Shown: one piece after another, positions 13,416-26,139 of the stretch | Numbering within the stretch: the first letter of the stretch is position 1 | How the letters are laid out: each line of letters starts with the position of its first letter | Source of the DNA: Octopus sinensis | Lineage: Eukaryota | Direction: 5' to 3' | Length of the DNA: 64,000 bases | Assembly (NCBI RefSeq): GCF_006345805.1 | Contig: NC_043012.1 | Coordinates: 23,684,001-23,748,000, forward strand | The notes under the pieces: generated by a model | Databases searched by the model: none | What the model was told of the DNA's origin: nothing | The model's input: only the letters and a program-made list of their open reading frames with translations | Position numbers and translations under genes: made by a program

Positions 13416-14666
13416 AAGATCATATAAGAGGTCCTCTCATGCTTAATAATGCAGTATTCTTTGTTCTAATAGAACATCCTCTTAAAATAGGAGATAAATA
13501 TTACTTCTCGCTTCTATTACTATTGATTATATATAATCATCATCGTTAAACATCTGCTTTCCATTCTGGCATGAGCTGGATGGTTTGACATGGAGCTGAC
13601 CAGCCGGGTTATTGTCCACACTCTAATTGTCTATTGTGGCATGGTTTCTATGGCTGGATGCCTTTCCTAATGCCAACCGCTTAACAGAGGGTGCTGGGTA
13701 CTTTTTAAGTGCCACCAGCACAGGTGCATTTACACAGCACTGGCATGGGTGCCTTTACACAGCACAAGCACGAGTGGTTTTTAAGTGGCACCGACACCTG
13801 AAAGGACAAGCCTGTATGAGTGGAAGATGGTCATTTTACTTACCTGTGGTATTGTGCAGAATATTTGCTGTAGTACATCTTTTATACCAAGACAGAACGA
13901 TGTACATAACACTTCAATTAGTTAAATCAGAAGCCATGAGAGCCATTGCCTGGTACTTTATTATTATTATTATTATTATTACTTAGCACAGAAAATCACC
14001 ACATCGCCTGGTCCTTTGACCCAGCATCTGATGATGTCCCGTGTCTTCCTGGCTCTACCTCTCCCACACATACCCAGCACTTCTTTGCACAACTGTCCTC
14101 GTCCATACACATCACGTGACCAAACCACTGCAGTCTTCTCTCTTGCACACAACATCTGATGCCTATATATATATATATATATATATATCATCATCATCAT
14201 CATTTAACATCCGCTTTCCATGCTAGCATGGGTTGGACAATTTTGACTGAGGGCTGTCGAACCAGATGGCTGCACCAGGCTCCAATATATATATATATAT
14301 ATATATATTTGCAAACATACACATGCATGTGTGCACATAGACATGCACAGATATACTCACAAAGATATATTTTTTCTTTGTAATGATCATATGCACATGC
14401 ACACATATACATACATTCAATAGTGTACAAGGGTTGATACAGTCAACAGATGCCTTACTCCATATGTAAAGCCTTGTGTTTATTTAAGAAATCGATAACA
14501 ATAACATTGAAAAAGGTGGCAAGCTGATAGAATTATTAACATATTGGAAACATAAGTTCCATAGCAGCATTTCTGCTGACACTTCGTATTCTTAGTTCAA
14601 ATCCAGCTGAGGTTAACCTTGCCCTTCATCCTTCAATGGATGATGAAATACAGAACCAGTGAAGTA

Positions 14667-15161
14667 CAGGGATTCCCCGACTTGCGCGAAATTTGACTTG
14701 CGCGAGCCAACTTTTGATACCGAGTGTTCAGGTTGCGCGAGTTGTATTCTCGACTTGCGCTTGTTGTAAAAATATTTATTATCCATGGTTGCATTGCCTT
14801 GTCTGTTATCTTGTTATCTATCCATCATTTCAAATATGCATAAAGTAAAATTAATTGTGTTTGATCAACTGAATAAGTAAATTTATTTGCTATGTATTTT
14901 TCTATTTTCTGTTTATAATCATTAAACAATTTGTATTATTTTTTGTAATTTGTATTCGTACAAAGCAGTCACCAATAAAAGTTTTTTGGTTTCAAATAGA
15001 AAAGAAAGTTCATTCAATACTTTCCCCAAGTGTTTCTTTAATATAACAATATTTAGCAGTTATCCCGGAAAATATTTATAGAAAACAATATCTGGTACTC
15101 GACTTGCGCGAATTTCAAATTGCGCGTCCCCCAATTACTCACGCAAGTCGAGAAATCCCTG
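14667..15161. mobile_element. pogo/Tigger-like MITE with TA TSD, nested in a family B SINE
   Basis: Left end TA|cagggattccccgacttgcg; right end cgcaagtcgagaaatccctg|TA. Internal cttgcgcga subrepeats. Excision restores gaagTActgg of the SINE. Confidence 0.9.
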
Positions 15162-15248
15162 TACTGGACGTGATATAAATTGACTATACTCCTTCTCTGA
15201 AATTGCTAACCTAGCACTAAAATTTGACAGAATAATTTGAATGCTTAA

Positions 15249-15450
15249 TCCTTTAGAATTCAGTTTATTCTGTCAAATGTGATTTGTGCTTTGAAGTAAC
15301 CATGATGTATCTTGTAACTGTGAGATTTCAATGACGTGATTTGTTTACGTTTAGAATGACATTGTGAGGTAGGTGTGAGATGTCAGATCTGGCCACTTTG
15401 AATATAAAACAGGTAGATGGCTGGCTATGGCTGGTTTAAATGCTAAAAGG
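15249..15450. mobile_element. piggyBac-like MITE, decayed copy
   Basis: ttaa|tcctttagaattc ... ggtttaaatgctaaaagg|tcaa. Collinear with the intact copy at 55259-55479. Confidence 0.7.
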
Positions 15451-15966
15451 TCAAGGGTTGAATTACAAGATTGTGATTTGAATGAGATTTGCTTGCTAAT
15501 TCCAGCAGGTCAAGTCATCATGTATAAAGCTGCCTTGTTGACCAAACAAAACAAAAAAAAAAAAAAAAGAAAAAAGAAATGGAAATTGCTACCATTTTAT
15601 TCATTAATTTTAAATTAGAAGGGTACAGACTGAGTAAAATGTACCTGCTAATTCTAGCAGGTCAAGTCAACATGTATGAAACTGTTGACTCAGCTGGTAG
15701 TTTATGGACAGGTGGTGAAAATAAATGACAAGTAGTAGCTGCCACTGAAATATCACAAATCTACCCCCCCGCCCCGAAACCTAACCATAACCCTACTCCA
15801 TGGAAAATGATGTTTAAAAATGTGAAACAGAAAAAAGAAAAAAACAAAAAAAAAAGAGGGGAGAAAAAATTATAAGGTAGGGTAGGAGAGATTTAAAAAA
15901 AAAATTGCTTCATTTAAACATGAAATTTTGATAGCAGTCTGGCAAGAAGTTTAAAAAGAAAATAAT

Positions 15967-16019
<53 letters not shown>

Positions 16020-17264
16020 TAATAATAATAATATATAACAACAATGATAATACAAGAATAATATTAATAACAATGATAAGAACAACAACAATAATGAGAA
16101 TAATAATATGCACTATGACAATAACAATAATAATTATACTAATAATAGTAATAAATAAAATAAAATAAAAATTTAGTAAAAGGAGAAAAAGAAGAAAAAA
16201 ACAACTACAAAAGCACTCCCCTCCCCCATCACATTCATCACCACTCATAACAACAATAACAACATGAAGAATGTGAAAAAGAGAGAGGGGGGGAAGAAAC
16301 GTCTGTGTTTGCCAGTTATTGTTGAGGCATAATGTCCTAATTAACTGTCAATAACTCGTTTGATGCTGACAAGTGAGTAATTCATCAAGATTTGATTGGC
16401 TGCACTCTAGTCAATGAAGCTGCTCTTTAGTTTGAGGGAAGGGTTCATCTGTGCTTGTCTGACCAAAAGAGTGTTCTTGGAGAGAGAGATATTAGTTGCA
16501 GAGGAAAGAGTTGGAGTTTGGAGATTGGTCATGTTAGGAAAAAAAAAAATATGTGTGGGTAGTTAACGAAATGAAATAGATGAATTAGTAAATTAATAGA
16601 GAGAGAGAGAGGGAGGGAGGGAGGGAGAGAGAAGGAAAGGTAGAACGGTAAGGAGAAAACTGAGTAGATTTTTATGTGGACGGATGAGGAAAAGAAAAGG
16701 GAGGAGTTGGGGGAAGGTAGAGAGAGAGGTTATACAGTTTGTGTGGAGGAGAGAAGAGAGAAAGAGAGGGTTGAAATGAACGAGTGTATGAGAGAGAGAG
16801 AGAGAGAGAGAGGGGCAAATCAGAAAGAGGGGAGAGAGGTAAGAAAGATTGGAAAGAGAGAGAGAGAGAAAGATGAGAGGAAAATGAGAAGACAGTGAGA
16901 AATGGAAATACAAAATAAGATGGAAGGGGAGGAGGGAGGGAGGGGGCCTGTCATGAAAGCTTTTGAAACTCGAAATAATTGAAAAAAATATAAGAGAAAT
17001 ATACAGATAGGCAGAGGCATGGCTGTTTGGTTAAGAAGCTGGGTTTGCAACCAAATGATTTCTGGTTCAATCTCATTGCCTAGTGGCACCTTGGGCATGT
17101 GTTATCTACTACGGCCCTGGCTGACCAAATGTCTTATTCTTAGTAAGTAATCAGAAGAAATGAGTGTATATTAAATGTATATCATAAACATCCACACATA
17201 TACATAATCTTCTAAATGTGCTTTTGTAGTTCTTAGCTTTTAGAATCCTCCAGTATTGTCAGCA

Positions 17265-17705
17265 GAACAAGCAACAAGACTTCTCCAGACGTCCTCATTG
17301 CTTGCCTTCTCCTGGTTCCACTCAGCTCAGGTCAACTCCTAATGCTACTGTGTTGTCCCAGAACATATGGTGCCAAGTCTTCCTTGGTCTTCTTCCCCTC
17401 CTTCTCTTTCCTTCTTCCAGTGTCTATTTCATCACAATGGTAGCATGTCTCTCCTCTAGCAACCGAAGAACATGGCCAGTAAACCATATCTGCTACTTGG
17501 TCACCATGTCCTGCCAATGACCCAGCCACCTCTTTCCATCACTTTTTTTTGTTTCTCATTATGACCAGGTAAGAGACACTCAGCATTGATGGAACACGTC
17601 CAGCAATGGATAGATCTTCACTATCCAAGGTTTCACAGGAACAGATGGCTGTTGGTATTAACGAGAGCTGAGTTATAGCTGCAGCTCTATCTTCTGCTGT
17701 GCAGA
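17265..17705 (-). mobile_element. RTE-type LINE 3' ORF remnant
   Basis: Frameshifted minus-strand reading gives IPTAIC.CE...LDVFHQC...QIWFTGHVLRLLEERHATIVMK*TLEEGKRRRGRRPRKTW, typical of the RTE C-terminus (GH..R...R..GRP..TW). Confidence 0.85.
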
Positions 17706-17779
17706 CAGACACAAATACATAAACTTGTCTACATGCATAAATGCATTATGCTTAAATGTCAACAGTGATATGTGTGAAT

Positions 17780-18105
17780 GCACACTCAACACACAAGCAT
17801 ATATATATATATATGAATGAATATCTATACCTAAATCTCTGTGTGTGAGTATATACACACAGCTCAATCTACTACCATAAAGTTTGTATAATTTCTATTT
17901 GAAAACAAAACGTGCAAATATACATATTCCTATGGACAGATATACAGGTGTGTCACAATTATACACATACATATACACACATGACTATACTTATAGGTTG
18001 TATGTGCACAAATATAGGTATGCAATTAAATACATTTCATATAGTCATACATTTGGGGCCAAACCTGATGTACACAAATATATACATTACATACTTTAAA
18101 TATAT

Positions 18106-18141
<36 letters not shown>

Positions 18142-19753
18142 TATATATACACACATTCATATATATATATATATATATATCTATATATATATATATATAT
18201 ATACATTCATACATACATGTGACAGTGTGTGTGTGTGTGTATATGCATATATATATATATATATATATATATTTATTTATTTTAAATATTTCCAGACATA
18301 TAAGCCAACACAAATTGATATATATATGTAAATGGATGCATACATATGCACATATACTAATACATAAACATAAATGCATACATATTTATATATACAGGCA
18401 AATACAGATGTGCATAGGCAAAATCTGTTTTAACTGCACATTCAAACACACACATGCATTCAAACACACAAACATACACACACACACACATATGTACGTA
18501 GATAAACACACACAATGGTAACAGACCAATTGACTGGTCACTACTGACAGCAAGGAAAGGAGGAGGAAACAAGAACAAAACAAAATATTGTATAATAAAT
18601 GGTAATAGTGTCATAGCCAAAAAATCAGGAATGTCCAACTAAGCACCAATAAAAAAAAAAACCCCAAAAAATGCAATAATAAAGAAACAAAAAAAAAAAC
18701 AATATAACAAAAGGTGAAAAAAAAAAAAAAAGGCAAAAACAGGAAGAATTTCTGTAAATGAACCGTGTTTTGTGTTGGTGCTTCGAAAGAAATCCTTGAG
18801 GTTTTTTGTTTTTTTTTTTGGGAGGGAAGTTTTTAATGTTGCTCTTGGAGTTGTTTTTGTTGTTGTGTTTCTTGTTTTTGAAACCAAGGTCATGCTGCAG
18901 TGAGTTTGAATGGCTTAAAGCACCAGAATCCAATTTGAACTTGTTCTCCTTCCCATCATATATCATACATCATACGGTTTGATAACTTTTAATAGATGGA
19001 ATGTATACGCCGAGAAAATTCTATGTATGAGCTTGTATCTATGTACGTCTATCTGTAAGTATGTATGTATGTATGTATGTATGTATGTGTACCTAAGTGT
19101 GTGCCTAAGAGATAATACTTTTATTATCTACGTATGTGTTCTGACATGTGTGTGTATATGTGCACCTGCATGTATGCGTATGCATACGGATCACATTTTT
19201 ATGCATGAACTTGTATCTATGTATATGTGTGCCTATGTGCACATCTACATGTGCACATCTACATGTGCACTTGCATATGTATATGTGTAATAGGAATAAC
19301 ATTTTATGTATGAGCTTCTATGTATATATGTGTGTATGTATGCATAATGATGTGTGCATCTGTATATGTAATTGTGTGGAGGTGTGTGCAAAGCATAACA
19401 TCTTTATGTATGACCATGTTTCACTAATGTGTGTGTGTATGTGTGTGTGTGCACATGTGTGTGTGTGCACATGTGTGTGTGTGTGTGTGTGTGTGTACAG
19501 GGGTAATATTCTTAAGTATGATTGTGTATGCATGCATATTTGTGTATGGAGTTTTTACGTACCGGCTTGTATGTATATGCAGTTATATGTGCATGTACTT
19601 ACGTATGTGTGTATGTATGTATGTATGTATGAGGATTGAAGTTTACTGTGAGTGTGTGTGCACGTATGTATAAGGATAACATTTTTAAGAATGAGCATGT
19701 AAGTATGTGTATACATATGCATTTGAGTGTATGTATGTATACCTGTGTGTGTG

Positions 19754-19795
<42 letters not shown>

Positions 19796-19995
19796 TGCAT
19801 ATGTGTAGTGTCAGAACTTCGATGGTGTATGCATATGTGTTTTTATGTGTATATATAAAGAGATTTTTTTATATATGAACCTGTATGTATATATACGTAT
19901 GTATGTGTATGTATAGCAATGGAACTTTTACACAAGCCTGTATGTGTATATATATATACATGTGACTTATGTATGTGTGTGTATGTGTATGCATA

Positions 19996-20027
<32 letters not shown>

Positions 20028-20029
20028 CA

Positions 20030-20061
<32 letters not shown>

Positions 20062-20400
20062 GGGTAATATTTTTTTATGTATGCATAAGTCTGTATATAT
20101 CTTTATGCAAAAAGACAAATTTTATGTATGACCCTATTCAGATGCACCGTTTTGCATGTGCATGCATATGGCTGACATTTTATTATGTATATTCATGTGT
20201 GTATATGTGTATGTATATCGATGTAGTAATTTGTATGGGCTTCTATTGATGAGTGCCAATATGTAGCAGTGTGTGTATGTGTGTTCGTGTGCGTGTACAT
20301 TTAGGGATAAAATTTGTATGTATGAGATTATGTGTATAGACGTATACTGATGTATATATGTATAGTCATGTGTGTATGTGTATGTTTGTGCAGGTAGTGG
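17780..20400. repeat. Extended degenerate (TA)/(CA)/(TATG) microsatellite terrain
   Basis: Visible directly at about 17780-18510 and 19020-20400. Source of the many CV/YI/HT ORFs. Confidence 0.9.
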
Positions 20401-20744
20401 GTGGAAGGAATAGAGGTGGGAAGAGAAGATAGAGGAGGGGGCACAAAAATCAAGTAACCGTGTCAACAAATGAGGCAATTTTATTTTTCATTTGTACTTT
20501 TTATGTTTTTATTTTACTCTCAGCACTGGTTATTTGATTGTTTATGACTTGTATTTTTATTTCTAGTGGTTGATGTAGGGGACCAGGGTGGGGAGTGAGA
20601 AGGGTGTGTCCCAGAAAATTTATTTAGAATTTTCAGCAACAACATTAACAAGAACAGCATGAAGATCAACGAAAAGGACAACAACAACAATGTAGCAATG
20701 ATGATTATAATAATAATGATAATAATAATGATAATAATAATACT

Positions 20745-21232
20745 TTCTACTAAAGGCACAAGGCCTGAAATTTAGCGGAGAGGGGACTAGTGGATTACAT
20801 TGACACCCCAGTATGCAACTGGTACTTAATTTATCAACGCTGAAAGGATAAGGGGTAAAGTCGACCTCAGTGAAATTTGAACTCAGAATGTAAAGCAGGA
20901 AGAAATGCTGTGAAGTATTTTGTCTGGCATACTAATGATTCTGCCAGTGCACCACATTGATGATGATAATAATAATAATAATAATAATAATTATAATAAT
21001 AATAATAATAATGATAATAATCCTTTCTTCTATAGATACAAGGTCTGAAGCTCAGTGGGAAGGGGTTTAGTTGAATACATCAACCCCAGTGTTTTACTAG
21101 TATTTATTTTGTCAACTCTGAAAGGATGAAAGGCAAAGTTGACCTTGGTGGAATTTGAACTCAGAATGAAGTGATGGGCAAAATACCACTAGGTATTTTG
21201 TTCTGCATGCTAACGATTTTGCCAGCTCCCCA
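20745..21232 (-). mobile_element. Two tandem family B SINEs in TAA arrays
   Basis: aaggcacaaggcctgaaat...gtcgacctcagtgaaatttgaactcagaatg at 20755-20950, and a second copy at 21020-21232. Confidence 0.85.
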
Positions 21233-21275
21233 CCTTAACAATAATAATAATAATGATGATAATGATAATAATAAC

Positions 21276-21303
<28 letters not shown>

Positions 21304-21308
<5 letters not shown>

Positions 21309-21612
21309 GACCTGGAAATAGAGGTAACTAGAATGTGGAATCTGAAAACAGAAACAATTCCTATCATAGTAGGTGCATTAGGCATGATAAAAAAATATTC
21401 AGACAAATACATAACAAAAACACCAGGACTTACAAACACATATATCATACAGAAAATTGCACTACTAGGCACTGCACACATCCTACGCAGAGCACTTTCC
21501 ATACAATAACCATCAGAGCATCACAACAAATCACAGCACATACCCAAGGCACACAGAGCTGCGCTCGGTAGTGAAGTGAAAGCACGCTATAAAAATAAAA
21601 CTACTGAATAAT
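21304..21612 (+). mobile_element. R4/Dong-clade non-LTR retrotransposon 3' end (restriction-like endonuclease tail), subfamily 1
   Basis: KDLEIEVTRMWNLKTETIPIIVGALGMIKK...IQKIALLGTAHILRRAL* followed by a 3' UTR ending aaaactactg(aat)n. TAA arrays on both sides. Confidence 0.85.
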
Positions 21613-21624
21613 AATAATAATAAA

Positions 21625-21945
21625 ATAGCAAAAGGGACTGATTGCTACCTAACTCAGATACCAGGAAACCCCAAAATGGCAGAAATTCAAAAGATAGTGC
21701 TCATGAGAACTGCTCACATCCTATGTAAAATACTTTCTATGTAATCTCAAGTTTTAACACAAACATAATTTTTGTATGGTTTTTTAGACATTCACTAGTA
21801 CAACACTAAGTACAAAACCAAATATATGGCACCCTAGGCATAACACCAACACAAACATCCAACCTGTTGTCTCTTGAGGTCTCTGGGTGAGACTTGGAGC
21901 CAACTTGTACAAATATAAACCAAAAGTCAAACATAGAACAATAAT
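21625..21945 (+). mobile_element. R4/Dong-clade 3' end, subfamily 2
   Basis: YLTQIPGNPKMAEIQKIVLMRTAHILCKILSM* with a different 3' UTR, also ending in (aat)n. Confidence 0.75.
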
Positions 21946-22219
21946 AATAATAATATTAATAGTTTCAAATTTAGGCCCCAGGGCAGCTACATGGACAAGA
22001 GGAGCTGGCTTTAGTTACCCTAGTAAATTTATTAGTCCTATATTTTATCAACTCTTGAGAAATGAAAGGCAAAGTTAACCTTGGCAATATTTGAAATCAG
22101 AAGACAAAGAATTAGAAGAAATACCATGAAGCGTTTATCCCTAATACTCTCACAATTCTACTAATCAACCAAAAGAGACTGACAGAATAAGTATGAGACT
22201 TTGTTGAACTAAATTGTTC

Positions 22220-22380
22220 AAGAGTCAGGTTTCAATTCCCAGACCAGCAGCATGCTGTGTTCTTCAGCAAAACACTTTCTTTCAAGTTGCTCCATTTCAC
22301 TCATCTGCAAATGTGTAACCCTGCCATGGACTGGCATTCCATCCAGGGGAACGTTGGTCTCACTTCGCCAGGTACTGTTT
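22220..22380 (+). mobile_element. SINE fragment with CORE-like and V-domain-like blocks
   Basis: B-box-like ggtttcaattcc, then tgtgttcttcagcaaaacactt...gttgctcca, then ccctgccatggactggcattccatccagggg. Confidence 0.5.
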
Positions 22381-22680
22381 CCTTGCCTTGACATTGCATG
22401 ATAGCTGTAAACAGGTGTCACTGTCATGCAAGGGGTGTCCCTTGTTTCTATGTCTTCTGTGGAAACATGTCCGTTCAAAGGGAAATATTAGCTCGCTTGG
22501 AAATGGGTGATGGTTGGCATCAGGAAGAGCATCCAGCCGTAGAAAATTTGCCTCAAGACGTTCTGCCTGACCCATGTGGGCAGGAAAATTTAGATGTTAA
22601 TACAATGATCACACACACACACACATTTACACATGTGTGCATGCACACACACACATGCATGTACACACACACAAACGCAT

Positions 22681-22711
<31 letters not shown>

Positions 22712-23724
22712 AGTCACTGAAGTATCATGGGTCACAGGGTGTATGAAATCTCCACTTGGCAATTAACTGTTATTCCAGTTACTTGTGTTTGAGTGTGCGT
22801 GTGTGTATATATATATTATATGTATATATATATACATGTATGAATGTGTGTGAGTGTGTTTGTGGATGCATGTAGAAATGGCATAAATGAATGCGTCTAC
22901 TGGTGGTAGTTATGCAACATGCAAATACAAATGCCACTGTGTACATGTGTGTGTATATATATATGTTTGTTCATGTGTGTGTGTGTTTGTGTGTGAGTGG
23001 GAGTATGTTTATATATATACTCCCTACACACACATACACACACACAGAGTATAAACATGAAATTAATTTTATACATATAAAAAGGAAATTAAGTTGTAGG
23101 AAGACAATTTCTGGAAATATATTTGCCAGGATCAATACGGGAGAGAGAAGGTGAAGGGGGGTGGAAAGGAAGGAGATGACAAGACAAGAGTGGTAAGGAG
23201 AGGGACATAAGGATGGGAGAGAGGGTGAAAGGAGACGGAGATCCCATGAGAAAAGAAAGAAGAGAGTGGAGTGGGGGGAGGAATGAGAAAAAAAAGAAAG
23301 AAAGAAAGAAATTATTTAGAATTATCCTAAATTAAAAATAAGGATGTTTTATGATTTTTGATTTCATTAAACAAGAAGCAAAAATACTTCCAAGAACTGA
23401 TGATATGCCGTTAATCTAGACTCCACCCTCTTCAATCCCTTACAAACAGACACATGCAAATTGCAAACACACACACACACACACATGTAGTTCTCTGTAA
23501 ATCTAAGTCAAAGAGCAATCGTTGGCCAGATAAGATGCCAAATGTTTAATACCTAAGGCAAGTTACACTTAAAGTTTCTTGACCTCATCTCTGGATTATA
23601 TTAATAATCCCATCTGGCTCATTACATTATTAATCCAGGATGATCATTATACATACATAAACACTTGTATACGTACGTACATACATACGCACATGTATGT
23701 ATGGAAATATCTATCAATCCCATA

Positions 23725-23885
23725 CACTTTTCTGCTTGAAAATGTTTGTAACATCTGCAGCAGGGTCTGTTTGTCCAAAGCTGCACTTGAGAGTCATACG
23801 AAATCTCATGACAGAATTTACTAATTGAAGAGATGGCCTTCTTTGGTATAGAAGTGGCAATCACCAGCATTGTGTGTGTGTGTAA
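23725..23885 (+). mobile_element. RTE LINE extreme 3' end (C2H2-like tail plus UTR)
   Basis: ENVCNICSRVCLSKAALESHTKSH* resembles the CxxC...SH..SH tail of RTE/BovB ORFs; a short UTR follows and ends in (TG)n. Confidence 0.65.
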
Positions 23886-25079
23886 GTATTTCTGTGTGGC
23901 AGAGTATACCAATACAGTAAATATCATTGTTTATTGAAACCTTGTATGTACTATTTACTGAAAATTATTTTAACGAAGTTGTATGTGGATAACTTATTTT
24001 TCATTAAGAAAGATTTTTTTTTTCCTTTTATTAATAATCATAGGAGTAACTAAAAAGATGGGGATTTTGTGTGCTGCCACTTATCAAATTGGTCGGAAAT
24101 CAGGATTACATTGATGTAGACACACTAAAATAATAAATACAATTCTCTCTGGTTTGTTCTAGAAGAATTATAAGCACAATTCGAAACCAGTTTGGTTAGT
24201 GCCAATGTATGAAACTTTCAGCCCTTGTGTCACTCTGTTGCTTCTGCCAATTAATGAAACAAAAAAAAAACAAAAAAAAAACACAGGCAGCCTAATAGGT
24301 ATAAGTATGTGACTGTGTGGTGAGAGACTGGCTTCCTAACCATGAGGTCTTGGGTTCAGTTCTACTATGCAACACCTTCCACTATAGCCCAAGGCCAATC
24401 TAGACTTTGTGAGTGGATTTGGTAGATGGAAACTGAAAGAAACCTGCTGTTTATATATATATGTGTATTTGTGTGTGTGTGCGTATGTGTGTGAGTGTGC
24501 GTATGACTGTGCGTGCATGTGTGTGTTATTGTATTTGACTCCCACCTCTACTACTCGACAACTAATGTTTGTTTGTTTATGTCCCTATAACTTTTCACTT
24601 TGGGAAAAAAAAGGCTGATATAATTAATAAGTACGAGTACTTAAGAAAATAAGTGCTGGGGAGGTCAATCCTGTTGACCCCAGCAAAAAAAAAACCCTTA
24701 AAGGTGTTACCCCTAAAATGGCTGTAAGTAAACAATGAAAAACACTAATTTGAGTTCTATTTTCCTGTTTTTATCACCAAACGTATTCAATTTTTATAAA
24801 TATTTAATCAAATGTGACATAAAAGTTGAGTTTCTGAATAAATACATATTATCTTCCATAAATATTTAGACACAGAAAACGAATAATATAAACAATCACA
24901 TACCAGTGGTTTCACAAAAAGTCAATAGTAGTTTCTTTGGGTAATTAACAATCCTTAGCCAAAATATTAATCTCTTCTGAATGAGACAATGACACTAGCC
25001 CACACCTGTTCTGGTCTTTTAGGATTCATCCCAACACAAGCTAACACCTTGGTTAATCATTCTAAGGAATATGCCTTTT

Positions 25080-25285
25080 TACTCTTGGCACAAGGCCTGA
25101 AATTTTGGGGAGGGGGCCATTCCATCACATTGACCCCAGTACGCAACTGGTACTTAATTTATCGACCCCAAGAGGATAAAAGGCAAAGTTGACCTCGGCG
25201 GAATTTGAACTCGGAATGTAAAGACAGACGAAATATCACTAAGCATTTCGCCCAACATGTTAACGTTTCTGCCAGCTCGCCATCT
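25080..25285 (-). mobile_element. Family B SINE
   Basis: ggcacaaggcctgaaatt...aaaggcaaagttgacctcggcggaatttgaactc...gtttctgccagctcgcc. Confidence 0.9.
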
Positions 25286-25343
25286 TACATATATATATAT
25301 ATATATATAATATACTATTGCACTAATATGATCCAACAATTGA

Positions 25344-25441
25344 TGTGTACCTGCATGCCTTAAGGTAAAGGGGTTTTAGAGCATATATATAAATATACAT
25401 ATGGTCTAGAATCCCTTTACCTGAAGGTGTCCAGGTACACA
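25344..25441 (+). other. 98-nt imperfect hairpin
   Basis: Arms tgtgtacctgcatgccttaaggtaaaggggttttagagcatat and atatggtctagaatccctttacctgaaggtgtccaggtacaca give 43 paired positions with 3 mismatches and 4 G-U pairs on the + strand. Confidence 0.85.
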
Positions 25442-25858
25442 GTAAAATCACAGGCATTGCACCAAAATTAGATTCATATTTATATTTATATATATATCAT
25501 CATCATCATCATCATCGTCTAACGTCCGTTTTCCATGCTAGCATGAGTTAGACGGTTTGACTGGAGTATGGGAAGCCAGGAGGCTGCACCAGGCTCCAGT
25601 CTGATCTGGTGGTGTTTCTACAGCTGGATGCCCTTTCTAATGCCAACCACTCTGTGAGTGTAGTTGGTGCTTTTTACGTGCCGAGAAGGGTGGTAAGTTG
25701 ATGTAAACAGGAAAAGTGCAACTCAAAATATAAATATATGTAGATATATCCATATGAGCCTTGCCAAAATGCAACCCATGTGACACCCAGGGTGGTTTAT
25801 TTCTATATTTGTTATCAACTCTTTTATTAAAGCCTGTTCCTCTTTCCTGCCATTTCAG

Positions 25859-25868
25859 GATCTGTCGG
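25859..25868 (+). other. Candidate 10-nt microexon
   Basis: cctgttcctctttcctgccatttcAG | GATCTGTCGG | GTaaga. Confidence 0.2.
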
Positions 25869-26139
25869 GTAAGAAATTCTCTCTGCTGATCCTATCCCGG
25901 ACAATGATTACAGGTAAAACCATGGAAAACAGCATGGTGCTTGTGCAATCTGAGCAAAAGTGTTATACACTGATTAACGGTAACACACCTACAATGTTGG
26001 GTGGAGGCATTTATGCAAGAGACCTACAGTTCAAGACAGTAACATCGAAGCAACTTACTTTCTCTTACACACACACACACACTCTCTCTCTCTCTCTCTC
26101 TCAATGATCAGGAACATCAAGCCCTCAAAGTGCATAACT

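Noticed and set aside
15490-15690. 40-bp direct repeat gctaattc.agcaggtcaagtca.catgtat
   Set aside because: Probably fragments of a small dispersed repeat next to a MITE; no termini or function can be inferred.
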